64,000 bases of DNA, taken from IMG/VR virus record IMGVR_UViG_3300022698_000267, positions 124,001 through 188,000 of that record. One strand, given 5' to 3'. Numbering within the stretch: position 1 is the first letter of the stretch; every line of letters starts with the position of its first letter. A program made the position numbers and the translations under genes. Positions 1 through 7,708 of this stretch are shown here, one piece after another. The notes beneath the pieces are model-generated. The model was not told where the DNA came from. It ran no database searches and worked only from the letters and a program-made list of their open reading frames with translations.

Positions 1-138
1 CCATGGTATGATAAAGACCCAAATGCAAAAGGATTATCTGGCGGTCAAAGAGAAAGAATGGGAAGAAGCTGCTAGGGCAATGGAAAAGGACATGGAAGAA
101 GCCTATGGCGAAGCAGATTCTATCTTGGAGGAAGACTA

Positions 139-642
139 ATGCAAAGCCCCTACTATATTCAGAGAATGAAAAGAGTTGAAAACCCATCAGAGAACCCGTC
201 TGTCGATGACCTTTATCGAATGGACTATATGGGTTCGGCAGAGTTTGAGTTTGGAGCTCTGCCCAAGTCATTGAAACGTATGACCAAAGTTTTCGATGAG
301 CTTGTGGTTCAGATATCAGTAATCAAGGATTTCAAAAAGAAACCTCTTTACCTGCTTGGAACAGCAAAAAATGTTCATGAATATCAAAATTTTATTCCAG
401 AATTGTTTTATGAAAAGATTCATTTGAAAGAAAGGCTGGAGCATACGTATGCTTGGAAAGGTAAAGGTGGTTATGGTATTACCAAGTATCCTTTCAAAGA
501 GTTTTATCATCCAACGGCCTGGTGGGACATTGACAATGATGTGATGTTCACTTTCGGAAAGAAGCACGCTGAAAATTTGCGAAAAGCTATTGGTGTCGTT
601 CGGGACAAGAAGATGGCACAAGGGAAATCCGAATGGTACTAA
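139..642 (+). CDS. phage hypothetical protein
   Basis: 167-aa ORF, GGAGG RBS, overlaps upstream stop (TAATG); DYMGSAEFEFGALP motif. Confidence 0.75.
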   Translation: MQSPYYIQRMKRVENPSENPSVDDLYRMDYMGSAEFEFGALPKSLKRMTKVFDELVVQISVIKDFKKKPLYLLGTAKNVHEYQNFIPELFYEKIHLKERLEHTYAWKGKGGYGITKYPFKEFYHPTAWWDIDNDVMFTFGKKHAENLRKAIGVVRDKKMAQGKSEWY

Positions 643-753
643 TTGTATTTCTTCAACACCTCCCCCCCAACACCTTTCTCATGAGAGGTGAGGTCCCCTC
701 CCTCACCTCTCCCTACCTATCACATAAATTATTCTGAAAAGTTCAAATAGTAC

Positions 754-782
754 TTGACATTTCTATCAAATTCTGTTATACT
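754..782 (+). promoter_or_regulatory. sigma70-type early promoter (cassette copy 1)
   Basis: TTGACA-17-TATACT with extended -10 TG. Confidence 0.85.
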
Positions 783-933
783 ATGTTTAAGTGGTTAGGG
801 GAAATAGAATAAAGGGGGGATAGCAAATGATGAATGAAGCCGAATATGATTTTTACATGGAAGCACAGAGACAGGCGTGGGAAGTAGAGCAAGAGCTGGA
901 AAAAGAAGAAGCGGAAGAGGAGGTGATAGAATA

Positions 934-1236
934 ATGGAAATGGCTTTCGAATGGCAGCGGGAAGAGATTTTGAATAAGGCTAACAATTTTGAGAAGTTTG
1001 CAGTAAAGGGAAAGACAGTCACTCTTATCTGTTCGGATTGTACAATTGTCCTTCAAGTTGGAGTTGTACAAAGGGTGGAATTGGTTTTTGTTTACTACTT
1101 CCCAAAGGCTGCAGATGAGAAACCTTTGGAATTTTGGATCAATAAATCGTCTATGTCACAGTTGGGTGATAAGCTTCGAAGTTCTGCTTTTAAACGGGTC
1201 CCATGGACTGAAGTTCCAGTACTGAAGTTCCAGTAA
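934..1236 (+). CDS. hypothetical protein
   Basis: GGAGG RBS, TAATG coupling to a small acidic ORF at 827-934. Confidence 0.65.
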   Translation: MEMAFEWQREEILNKANNFEKFAVKGKTVTLICSDCTIVLQVGVVQRVELVFVYYFPKAADEKPLEFWINKSSMSQLGDKLRSSAFKRVPWTEVPVLKFQ

Positions 1237-1297
1237 AAACTATTCCTTTACTTAGATTAAAACCTTTTTAAAATCATTTGAATCTACGTAGAGGACA

Positions 1298-2293
1298 TTG
1301 ATGGGAAAGAGTAGGTTAAAACCCAAGGTTAAGAAAGAAATTGCAGTTGTTCCACATTCTCGTGTGGATCCTAAGAAGGGAGTTGAAGAAGTTGAAGGAC
1401 ATCAACGTAGTATGGATGTTAATGCTGCTGTTTCTGATGTACATAAATCGAAGGAAAATGCAGCAAATCCTGATAGACAAAGACGAGAGTTTGTGGATGA
1501 TATGAATCAGAAGTTTTCTGAGATGAATAGTAGGGAAGAAACACATGATGACTTTAGAAAAAAGACTGGACAAAGAGAACAAGCAAAGCGTCTTACCAGT
1601 GAAGAAATAGGAACTATTGATAAGTACACAGAGGAAGTTGGATTCAATGAAAAGTTGCGAAAGTCTATCAAGGATGGACATACCAATGATCCAGACGTAA
1701 AGCTTCTGGATTCTGTGGTTTCTAAAGCAGAACCACTAGCAAATGATACGTTAGTAGTTAGAGGATCCAGAAGAGATTTTCATAAAACCATTGGTAGAGA
1801 GTTGAAAGTTGGTGAAGTCATCACAGACCATGGATTTATGTCTACCACTACACAACCGGATGTAGCTTCTAATTTCATGTGGAAGCAGAATAAAGATACC
1901 GGAAAGATCAAGATGGGAACCTTCTATCAAATAAGTTTGCCGAAAGGAACGAAAGCATTTCCTATAAATGCTAAGGAGCATGAATATCTTCTTTCCAGAA
2001 ACATGAACTTTGAAGTACTAAATAATCAAGTAGTTGATATGAACAAAGATTCCCAGAAGTTACCAAGGATACTAAAACAGTATGGAGAGCAAGGATTTAA
2101 TCCCCTCACTTGGGGAGTTGGGAGTGATGCCGATACTGGTGGTGGTTCTGCTGGCGGCTCGACCGGTTTGGAATCAGAAAAGTTACGACTGATTCATTTA
2201 CGAGCTTTGCCAAATGAAAACCAGAGAGGAAAAGTTAGTGACAAACCTTTACAACCTAAGAAGACTGTTATTCGGAGAAAGAAAAGGAAATAA
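1298..2293 (+). CDS. ADP-ribosyltransferase (VIP2/exoenzyme-like R-S-E fold) with basic low-complexity N-terminus
   Basis: LVVRG ... DHGFMSTT ... ISLPKGT ... EHEYLL match the R, STT and ExE motifs. Confidence 0.8.
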   Translation: MMGKSRLKPKVKKEIAVVPHSRVDPKKGVEEVEGHQRSMDVNAAVSDVHKSKENAANPDRQRREFVDDMNQKFSEMNSREETHDDFRKKTGQREQAKRLTSEEIGTIDKYTEEVGFNEKLRKSIKDGHTNDPDVKLLDSVVSKAEPLANDTLVVRGSRRDFHKTIGRELKVGEVITDHGFMSTTTQPDVASNFMWKQNKDTGKIKMGTFYQISLPKGTKAFPINAKEHEYLLSRNMNFEVLNNQVVDMNKDSQKLPRILKQYGEQGFNPLTWGVGSDADTGGGSAGGSTGLESEKLRLIHLRALPNENQRGKVSDKPLQPKKTVIRRKKRK

Positions 2294-2294
2294 A

Positions 2295-2489
2295 ATGGCA
2301 CCTATTGAAAGCAAAGGAGATGAATCAAGGTTTACTTGGGATGACCCATCATTGTTATCTTTCACTGATTGTGGTACCTGCAGAAATAAGTTTCCTGAAG
2401 ACTTTGGATGCAAAGTATATCCAGATATTATTCCAATCAATTTCCGCACACCAAATGTTGATAAATGTCCCGATTACGTTAGAGAGTAA
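2295..2489 (+). CDS. small 4-Cys protein, putative ART partner or immunity protein
   Basis: RFTWDD, CxxC..C..YP..IP..CP; coupled to the ART gene; paralog at 42623. Confidence 0.6.
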   Translation: MAPIESKGDESRFTWDDPSLLSFTDCGTCRNKFPEDFGCKVYPDIIPINFRTPNVDKCPDYVRE

Positions 2490-2515
2490 TTTCTTTTAAA
2501 ATCTTCATAAAGTAC

Positions 2516-2544
2516 TTGACAAAACCTCTAATTTTTGTTATATT
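2516..2544 (+). promoter_or_regulatory. sigma70-type promoter (copy 2)
   Basis: TTGACA-17-TATATT. Confidence 0.8.
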
Positions 2545-2582
2545 ATGTTTAATATGTTAATGAAAGTTAAGGGGAGGGGAAA

Positions 2583-3074
2583 ATGCAAATTCGAATCAAC
2601 ATTGAAGACGATATGGCAAAAGTGGATGAAAAGGCTATCCTGGAGAAGTTAAATACTTCCTTTAAGCAATATCCAAATAATTACATTTCATCTTTATTTA
2701 CTCAAGAGTTTGTTGATTGGTGTTCCTGGAGGATTAAGAATGATTTCCCTCTCGATGTGATGGAGTACATCAATGCTTATGAGGAAGATAAAGATGCCCG
2801 AGCAGAACGTGATTTGGCCCAGGCTGAAGCAGATTCTAAAGAAGAACTTCTTGAAGTTCGGGATCAAATTATACGAGATAGAGAGGAAGAGATTTTAAAG
2901 CTTCATGAACAAATTGAAATCATGCAATCCAAGATGGATACAATGGTTGATCGAATCGTTTTTGAGGCTATGAGCAGGGAAAGAGACAAACAAGACCAGG
3001 CTTATGCAAGGTTGGAACAAGAGAATAAAGACTTGAAAGCCCATCTTTATGATTTAATGACAAAAAAATCTTGA
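2583..3074 (+). CDS. hypothetical coiled-coil protein
   Basis: 163-aa ORF behind promoter, GGAGG RBS. Confidence 0.7.
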   Translation: MQIRINIEDDMAKVDEKAILEKLNTSFKQYPNNYISSLFTQEFVDWCSWRIKNDFPLDVMEYINAYEEDKDARAERDLAQAEADSKEELLEVRDQIIRDREEEILKLHEQIEIMQSKMDTMVDRIVFEAMSRERDKQDQAYARLEQENKDLKAHLYDLMTKKS

Positions 3075-3128
3075 TAATATAAGTAAAAGATACTAAAACA
3101 TATGTAAATTAATGAAAGGAGAGACGTG

Positions 3129-3173
3129 ATGACAGCTTTTTATTTTCCGTAGATACGTGACCCGCCGTTTTAA
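3129..3173 (+). CDS. putative leader peptide with internal amber (MTAFYFP*IRDPPF)
   Basis: AAAGGAG RBS about 6 nt upstream; TAG at 3150-3152; ATA CGT GAC CCG CCG TTT TAA follows in frame. Confidence 0.55.
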
Positions 3174-3222
3174 TCTCCGGTCCAAACCCTCTGGTACTAC
3201 ATCTAAAAAAGGAGATTAGAAA

Positions 3223-3567
3223 ATGGCAAAGTACGAAATGAAGGAAGATCTTAAAGCATTAGCGTCGAGGATAAGAAATGGGAAATCCGGAAGGAAACCC
3301 AAATTTAGGACTGAAACAAACACTCAGGATTACAACGATTTAGACCGTCTTCGGTATCAATTCAGACATATGCACATCGCACATTGTCTTCTACGTGGCC
3401 GCAAGATGGAACAAATCGAGCGTCCCAGGGAAGACAACCAACCTAATGACGCTACAATTTACGAATACATTAAGCAGTATAGACCAAAAGATTGGAAGAT
3501 TAATTTTAAGCATACTTTCGATGGTTTGGAAAGTTTTATTGTTGAAGAAAAGAAGGAGGCTGCCTAA
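3223..3567 (+). CDS. phage hypothetical protein upstream of the PTH2-like gene
   Basis: AAGGAG RBS; RHMHIAHCLLRGRKMEQIE motif. Confidence 0.75.
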   Translation: MAKYEMKEDLKALASRIRNGKSGRKPKFRTETNTQDYNDLDRLRYQFRHMHIAHCLLRGRKMEQIERPREDNQPNDATIYEYIKQYRPKDWKINFKHTFDGLESFIVEEKKEAA

Positions 3568-3860
3568 TGGAAAAAATGTATGTTCTTATACGAAAGGACT
3601 TGTCTAAAAGTCAGCAGGCCGTCCAAGCTGGACATGCCGTGGCAGAGTACGTTCTACGGGATTAGGGACTTCGTTGGACTAACGGAACGCTTATCTACTT
3701 GGCAGTTAAGAACGAAGATGACCTTAGACATTGGGAAAAGAAGTTAATGGATTGTAATCAATTGTACGTAACATTTCGGGAACCTGATATTGGTTATCAG
3801 AGGACAGCTATTGCAACTGTTGCTGGCGGCGAAATGTTTAAAAACGAGAGATTGCTTTAA
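3567..3860 (+). CDS. peptidyl-tRNA hydrolase type 2 (PTH2)-like protein with in-frame amber at codon 33
   Basis: Manual translation: MEKMYVLIRKDLSKSQQAVQAGHAVAEYVLRD*GLRWTNGTLIYLAVKNEDDLRHWEKKLMDCNQLYVTFREPDIGYQRTAIATVAGGEMFKNERLL; TAG 3663-3665; absent from the ORF track. Confidence 0.75.
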
Positions 3861-3866
3861 ATGGAT

Positions 3867-3944
3867 TGCGTCTGTAGCTGAGAGGTTCAGCGGTGGACTC
3901 TAAATCCACGTCAACGTAGGTTCGAATCCTACCAGACGCACCCA
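3867..3944 (+). tRNA. amber suppressor tRNA, anticodon CTA
   Basis: Acceptor GCGTCTG/CAGACGC, D stem GCTG/CAGC, anticodon stem GTGGA/TCCAC with loop CT-CTA-AA, T arm GTAGG-TTCGAAT-CCTAC. Confidence 0.9.
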
Positions 3945-3964
3945 AAAATAAATTCAAATAATAC

Positions 3965-3993
3965 TTGACAAAACCCCTCAAATATACTATAAT
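3965..3993 (+). promoter_or_regulatory. sigma70-type promoter (copy 3)
   Basis: TTGACA-17-TATAAT directly after the tRNA. Confidence 0.85.
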
Positions 3994-4024
3994 GTGTTTA
4001 ATTAAAAATTGAGGGAGATACATT

Positions 4025-4369
4025 ATGGAACGTCGAAATGGTTATAATTTTAAGCGGGCAAAAGTAAGTCGAAAAAGAATCGCCAATGTGTTGAACAATT
4101 TCAGTTTCGTTAATTGGGATCCAGATTCGGTTATAATCAAAAGGCCAAGTTATGATCTTCCACAGTTCAGCATCAAAGGCGTTTATCGAAGGAATTTTAA
4201 ACATGTTGATGTGATGTGGGTGAGTAAACATCCGGGTGGAACTGTACCAAGATTCTTCTTCGGTCATAAGATTCTTCCTAGGATTTCGCAAGGTATTACT
4301 GGTTTCAGACCAGCTTATTTTTCAAATGCTGAAAAGATTCACAAGCTTCTTTATGATATGACAATGTAA
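4025..4369 (+). CDS. hypothetical protein
   Basis: GAGGGAG RBS behind promoter. Confidence 0.7.
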   Translation: MERRNGYNFKRAKVSRKRIANVLNNFSFVNWDPDSVIIKRPSYDLPQFSIKGVYRRNFKHVDVMWVSKHPGGTVPRFFFGHKILPRISQGITGFRPAYFSNAEKIHKLLYDMTM

Positions 4370-4375
4370 TTCTTA

Positions 4376-4451
4376 GCCACCATAGCTCAGTTGGTAGAGC
4401 AGGTCACTTGTAATGACTTGGTCGCGGGTTCGACTCCTGCTGGTGGCTCCA
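4376..4451 (+). tRNA. tRNA-Thr(TGT)
   Basis: Cloverleaf, loop CT-TGT-AA, encoded CCA. Confidence 0.95.
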
Positions 4452-4465
4452 AAGAGGATAAAAGA

Positions 4466-5077
4466 ATGTTCAAGAATTTTAAAGTATTGGGATCTACTAC
4501 TGGAAGAGTAAGTTCGAAGAAACCAAATTTTTCATCTCCTCCAAGATCTATTAGTGATGCTGAAAAAGAAGTTCAAGGATTCAAGTTTTTTAAATTAGAT
4601 CCTGAAAAGGAGCACACAATTCGGATGCTGCCTGATGTTCCGAAGGCAAAATTTAATAAGAAAGGATTATTTTTCGGAGAGGCTAAATGTCCCATATGTG
4701 AAGCATTAGAGGAAAGGAAGAAGAAAATGTCGAAAAATCGAAATTTCATGAAAGAGGCAATCGAAATTATATCCCTCAACCCAAATCTGTACAAAGAGAT
4801 TCTGGAAGAGATTGTTCGTAAACGTCCTTCAGCCATTGTTCGGGCTTTCGAAAAGATTCAGAAGGATGAAAAAGGGTCAAATCCCAATCAGGTGGAACTA
4901 AAATGGTTGGAAGAAGTTAAGAAGTTGTTATCTGATGGTCGAAAGATCGAAGCCATTAAAACTTACCGCTATTATGCACAAATTGGTCTTAAAGAGGCCA
5001 AAAAGGCTGTGGATGAACTTGAAATGAAATTGATACGTGGAAAAGGATTCCCTTATCGAAAGTACCCACATGTTTAA
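4466..5077 (+). CDS. mosaic hypothetical protein with C-terminal ribosomal L7/L12-like domain
   Basis: C-term GRKIEAIKTYR..GLKEAKKAVDEL; N-term TTGRVSS..PN and FFKLD..HTIRMLP..CPICE segments. Confidence 0.6.
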   Translation: MFKNFKVLGSTTGRVSSKKPNFSSPPRSISDAEKEVQGFKFFKLDPEKEHTIRMLPDVPKAKFNKKGLFFGEAKCPICEALEERKKKMSKNRNFMKEAIEIISLNPNLYKEILEEIVRKRPSAIVRAFEKIQKDEKGSNPNQVELKWLEEVKKLLSDGRKIEAIKTYRYYAQIGLKEAKKAVDELEMKLIRGKGFPYRKYPHV

Positions 5078-5084
5078 TATTTGT

Positions 5085-5160
5085 TCCTCCGTAGTTCAGT
5101 TGGTAGAACGGCGGACTGTTAATCCGTATGTCGCAGGTTCGAGTCCTGCCGGGGGAGCCA
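5085..5160 (+). tRNA. tRNA-Asn(GTT)
   Basis: Cloverleaf, loop CT-GTT-AA, CCA. Confidence 0.95.
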
Positions 5161-5183
5161 TTAATTAGTAAGGAGAAAAGGTT

Positions 5184-5618
5184 GTGGCTACTATATCCTT
5201 AAATCAAGCCTGGGCAACGTTGGCAGAACCTATCGATAAGAATAAAGAGTATGAACGTGCACTTCGGGTAGTACGGGATAGTTACTTTGAAATTGAACAA
5301 GAACTGTTTCGTCTTAAGAAAGATGGAAAGAACGAAGTGACAAGTAGAAAGAAATCAATCCGGGATGATATTCGAGCTAATAGAAGACAAAATCATCCTC
5401 ATGAAGCTAAATTCTACAGCGAGTGGATGCGGGAACATGCAAGTAGAATAGGTAAATCATATACCACTCTCGAATACTTACTGGCGGAGAATCCGAATTA
5501 TCCTGCAGGTGAATGTACCGAACGGGATGAATATGTTGCAGAAGTTTTAATTCAATGGCTTGGTTCTCCGGTTGGATTAAGTTTCTTACGTAATTGTGGA
5601 TTTGAAGAGGAAGAATAA
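5184..5618 (+). CDS. hypothetical protein
   Basis: AAGGAG RBS, GTG start; C-term IQWLGSPVG motif. Confidence 0.65.
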   Translation: MATISLNQAWATLAEPIDKNKEYERALRVVRDSYFEIEQELFRLKKDGKNEVTSRKKSIRDDIRANRRQNHPHEAKFYSEWMREHASRIGKSYTTLEYLLAENPNYPAGECTERDEYVAEVLIQWLGSPVGLSFLRNCGFEEEE

Positions 5619-5693
5619 AGGGGTGTTGCCAAGTGGTAAGGCAGCGGGCCTTGGACCCGCTATTCGGAGGTTCGAATCCTTCCACCCCTGCCA
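5619..5693 (+). tRNA. tRNA-Gln(TTG), C at position 33
   Basis: Acceptor AGGGGTG/CACCCCT, anticodon stem GCGGG/CCCGC, loop CC-TTG-GA, CCA. Confidence 0.9.
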
Positions 5694-5703
5694 AATTAAA
5701 TTA

Positions 5704-5837
5704 TGATGGGTGCCCTAATGGAGGGTTGATGTTCGGAGAGTTTGAGGCCGGTAACCTTTGAGCTTTTCAAACATCGGGAACAATTACCGGTTGTGAAATG
5801 ATAATTTGTAGGTTCGAATCCTACCATCCATCAGCCA
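5704..5837 (+). ncRNA. tRNA-like RNA with anticodon arm replaced by an approximately 80-nt insert
   Basis: TGATGGGTG/CATCCATCA stem + G + CCA, D arm CCCT-AATGG-AGGG, T arm GTAGG-TTCGAAT-CCTAC. Confidence 0.7.
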
Positions 5838-5865
5838 CAATTTAAAGGGAGTACTTGAGTAGGAA

Positions 5866-6219
5866 ATGTTAAGTCCTCAGATAAAAGAATATATGCGATT
5901 GATTGGTTTACAATCTTTTCCATTCAATTCTGAGCAGTTGAATAAAGCATGGAGGTTTGCTGCTAGTCAATGTCATCCAGATAAACCTGGTGGAAGTTTG
6001 CAGAAGATGCAACGTGTGAATGAAGCTCGTGCTGCATTGAAACCTCTCGTCACCATTGTAGTAGAAAAGCCAGTAGAAAAGGTTACTAAACAAAGAACAA
6101 ACGAGCCAGGGACGAATAATTTTTTGCGACAAATGAGGAAACAAACCATTAAAGGTTTGAAGAAGAAAAAGGCGCAAGGAGCAGATACCGACGATTTATT
6201 GAAGTTTTGGCAAGAGTAA
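5866..6219 (+). CDS. DnaJ (J-domain) protein
   Basis: KAWR..ASQCHPDKPGGS...MQRVNEA with the HPD motif. Confidence 0.85.
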   Translation: MLSPQIKEYMRLIGLQSFPFNSEQLNKAWRFAASQCHPDKPGGSLQKMQRVNEARAALKPLVTIVVEKPVEKVTKQRTNEPGTNNFLRQMRKQTIKGLKKKKAQGADTDDLLKFWQE

Positions 6220-6222
6220 TAC

Positions 6223-6309
6223 GGCACCGTGGCGAAGCTGGGAGACGCGCCAGATTTAGGATCTGGTGACCGAAAGGTCGTGGGAGTTCGATCCTCCCCG
6301 GTGCTACCA
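6223..6309 (+). tRNA. tRNA-Leu(TAG)
   Basis: Long variable arm, loop TT-TAG-GA, CCA. Confidence 0.95.
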
Positions 6310-6609
6310 TTTAAGAGGATTAGGCTAATGTATTACTGCAAAACATGTGAATTGAGTATTTCAGAAGAGAATGTTCTTACAGATCGTGATGGTGATCCAT
6401 ATTCCAAAGATACTAAATTTTGGAGCATATGTCCTTATTGTTTAGAACCAGTAGAGGAGTTGGACAGTGATAGTATATAAAGATTGGGTGGAACTTAAAG
6501 ATGGCAAACGTTATGTTTGCGAAGGGTACTTTTTATTTGGAAAGGTTCCATTATTTATTTCCAAATATGATCCAGATGTTCCTGGAAATTCAGACAAGAA
6601 ATAATCATT

Positions 6610-6697
6610 GCCAAAGTGGTGGAATTTGGTATACACGGTGGATTCAAAATCCACTGACCTTCGGGTCATGGGAGTTCGATCCTCCCCTTTGGCACCA
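6610..6697 (+). tRNA. tRNA-Leu(CAA)
   Basis: Long variable arm, loop TT-CAA-AA, CCA. Confidence 0.95.
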
Positions 6698-6878
6698 TTT
6701 AACTAGGAGAACAAATGGAAGATTCTAAAGCTCAACAATGTGTCGTTGACATTCGAAAATGGGCTATGGGAATGGTTAATTGTTCTCATGCACTCTGTTC
6801 AATAGCAGAAGCAGGTTATGAAGAACGTTATGGAAATGAAGTATTGAAAATCATTGAAAAATATGAGAAGTAAATAAA

Positions 6879-7055
6879 ATGAAACAAACTAAAACAGTTA
6901 CAGGAAAGATTACTTCTAAAGCTCCTCCGTTCCAAGAGATTGAAAGGGGATCTAAAGACAGAAAAAGTCTCGGCCCCTATGTACATCTTACGCTGGAAAT
7001 GGATTATGAGAAGTTGGAGGCTAGAATCGCAAAGTATTTCAATATGGATGCTTAA
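6879..7055 (+). CDS. small hypothetical protein resembling DNA polymerase A motif remnants
   Basis: VTGKITSKAPPFQEI and MDYEKLEARI resemble PolA TGRLSS..PN.Q.I and D.SQ.ELRI. Confidence 0.4.
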   Translation: MKQTKTVTGKITSKAPPFQEIERGSKDRKSLGPYVHLTLEMDYEKLEARIAKYFNMDA

Positions 7056-7069
7056 CTATGAGAACAAAT

Positions 7070-7364
7070 GCCTGGGTGGCGGAACTTTGGTAGACGCAAG
7101 GGACTTGATTTAAATTGAGCCTTTATAGGGAAACTTATAAAGTGGACACTGCTAAAACGGGGAAACCTTAACAGATATGCTGATGGCAATCCCGTGCTAA
7201 CCGAAAGGTGAGTGTAGAGACTTTATACAGTGCATCTAAGTCTAAGGATAAGATGAAGAGAAAGTCCAGACCACAAACTATTTTTATAGGCGATGAAAAT
7301 CGTAGTGGTATGAAAATCCCTCGATCGCAAGGTCGTGCGGGTTCGATTCCCGCCCTAGGCACCA
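7070..7364 (+). tRNA. tRNA-Leu(TAA) interrupted by a group I intron
   Basis: Exons 7070-7106 and 7313-7364 join to loop CT-TAA-AA; CCA. Confidence 0.9.
7107..7312 (+). mobile_element. group I intron (tRNA-Leu UAA, IC3-like), no homing endonuclease ORF
   Basis: P AAAACGGGGAAACC, Q AATCCCGTGCT, R GTGTAGAGACT, S AAGAGAAAGTCC, terminal G before AAAATCCC. Confidence 0.9.
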
Positions 7365-7372
7365 AAATATGC

Positions 7373-7448
7373 GGGTTGGTAGCTCAGTTGGTAGAGCAGG
7401 GGACTGAAAATCCCCGTGTCAAAGGTTCGATTCCTTTCCGGCCCACCA
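7373..7448 (+). tRNA. tRNA-Phe(GAA)
   Basis: Cloverleaf, loop CT-GAA-AA, CCA. Confidence 0.95.
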
Positions 7449-7453
7449 TAAGC

Positions 7454-7529
7454 GCCACCGTAGCTCAGTTGGTAGAGCAATCGGCCGATAACCGATAGGT
7501 CGGGTGTTCAATTCACCCCGGTGGCACCA
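7454..7529 (+). tRNA. tRNA-Ile(GAT), C33
   Basis: Anticodon stem ATCGG/CCGAT, loop CC-GAT-AA, CCA. Confidence 0.88.
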
Positions 7530-7532
7530 TAT

Positions 7533-7707
7533 AATTAAATATTGACTGCACCCGTGGACCATAGTGGGTATTGTGGGCTCGCGACCTATCAAGATACCAC
7601 AAAGTCGCCCGACTTGGGGAGATGCGGAACTGGAACTTTTGGATTCACACCGGTCAATGAGCCATTAGGAAAGGATAAGTGCCGTCGGGTGCAGTGAATA
7701 TTTAATT
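7533..7707 (+). ncRNA. candidate structured ncRNA (175 nt)
   Basis: ATTAAATATTGACTGCACCCG / CGGGTGCAGTGAATATTTAAT closing stem with 1 mismatch, between two tRNAs, no ORF. Confidence 0.6.
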
Positions 7708-7708
7708 T

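Noticed and set aside
3867-3944. tRNA-Pyl
   Set aside because: It has a canonical TTCGAAT T loop, GG in the D loop, a 5-bp anticodon stem and a 2-nt acceptor-D linker, unlike tRNA-Pyl; no pyl genes are seen.
5407-5694. Minus-strand ORFs such as MAGVEGFEPP.., MVPRAGIEPA.. (7168) and MEGRVGVEPT.. (15595)
   Set aside because: These are antisense translations of tRNA genes.
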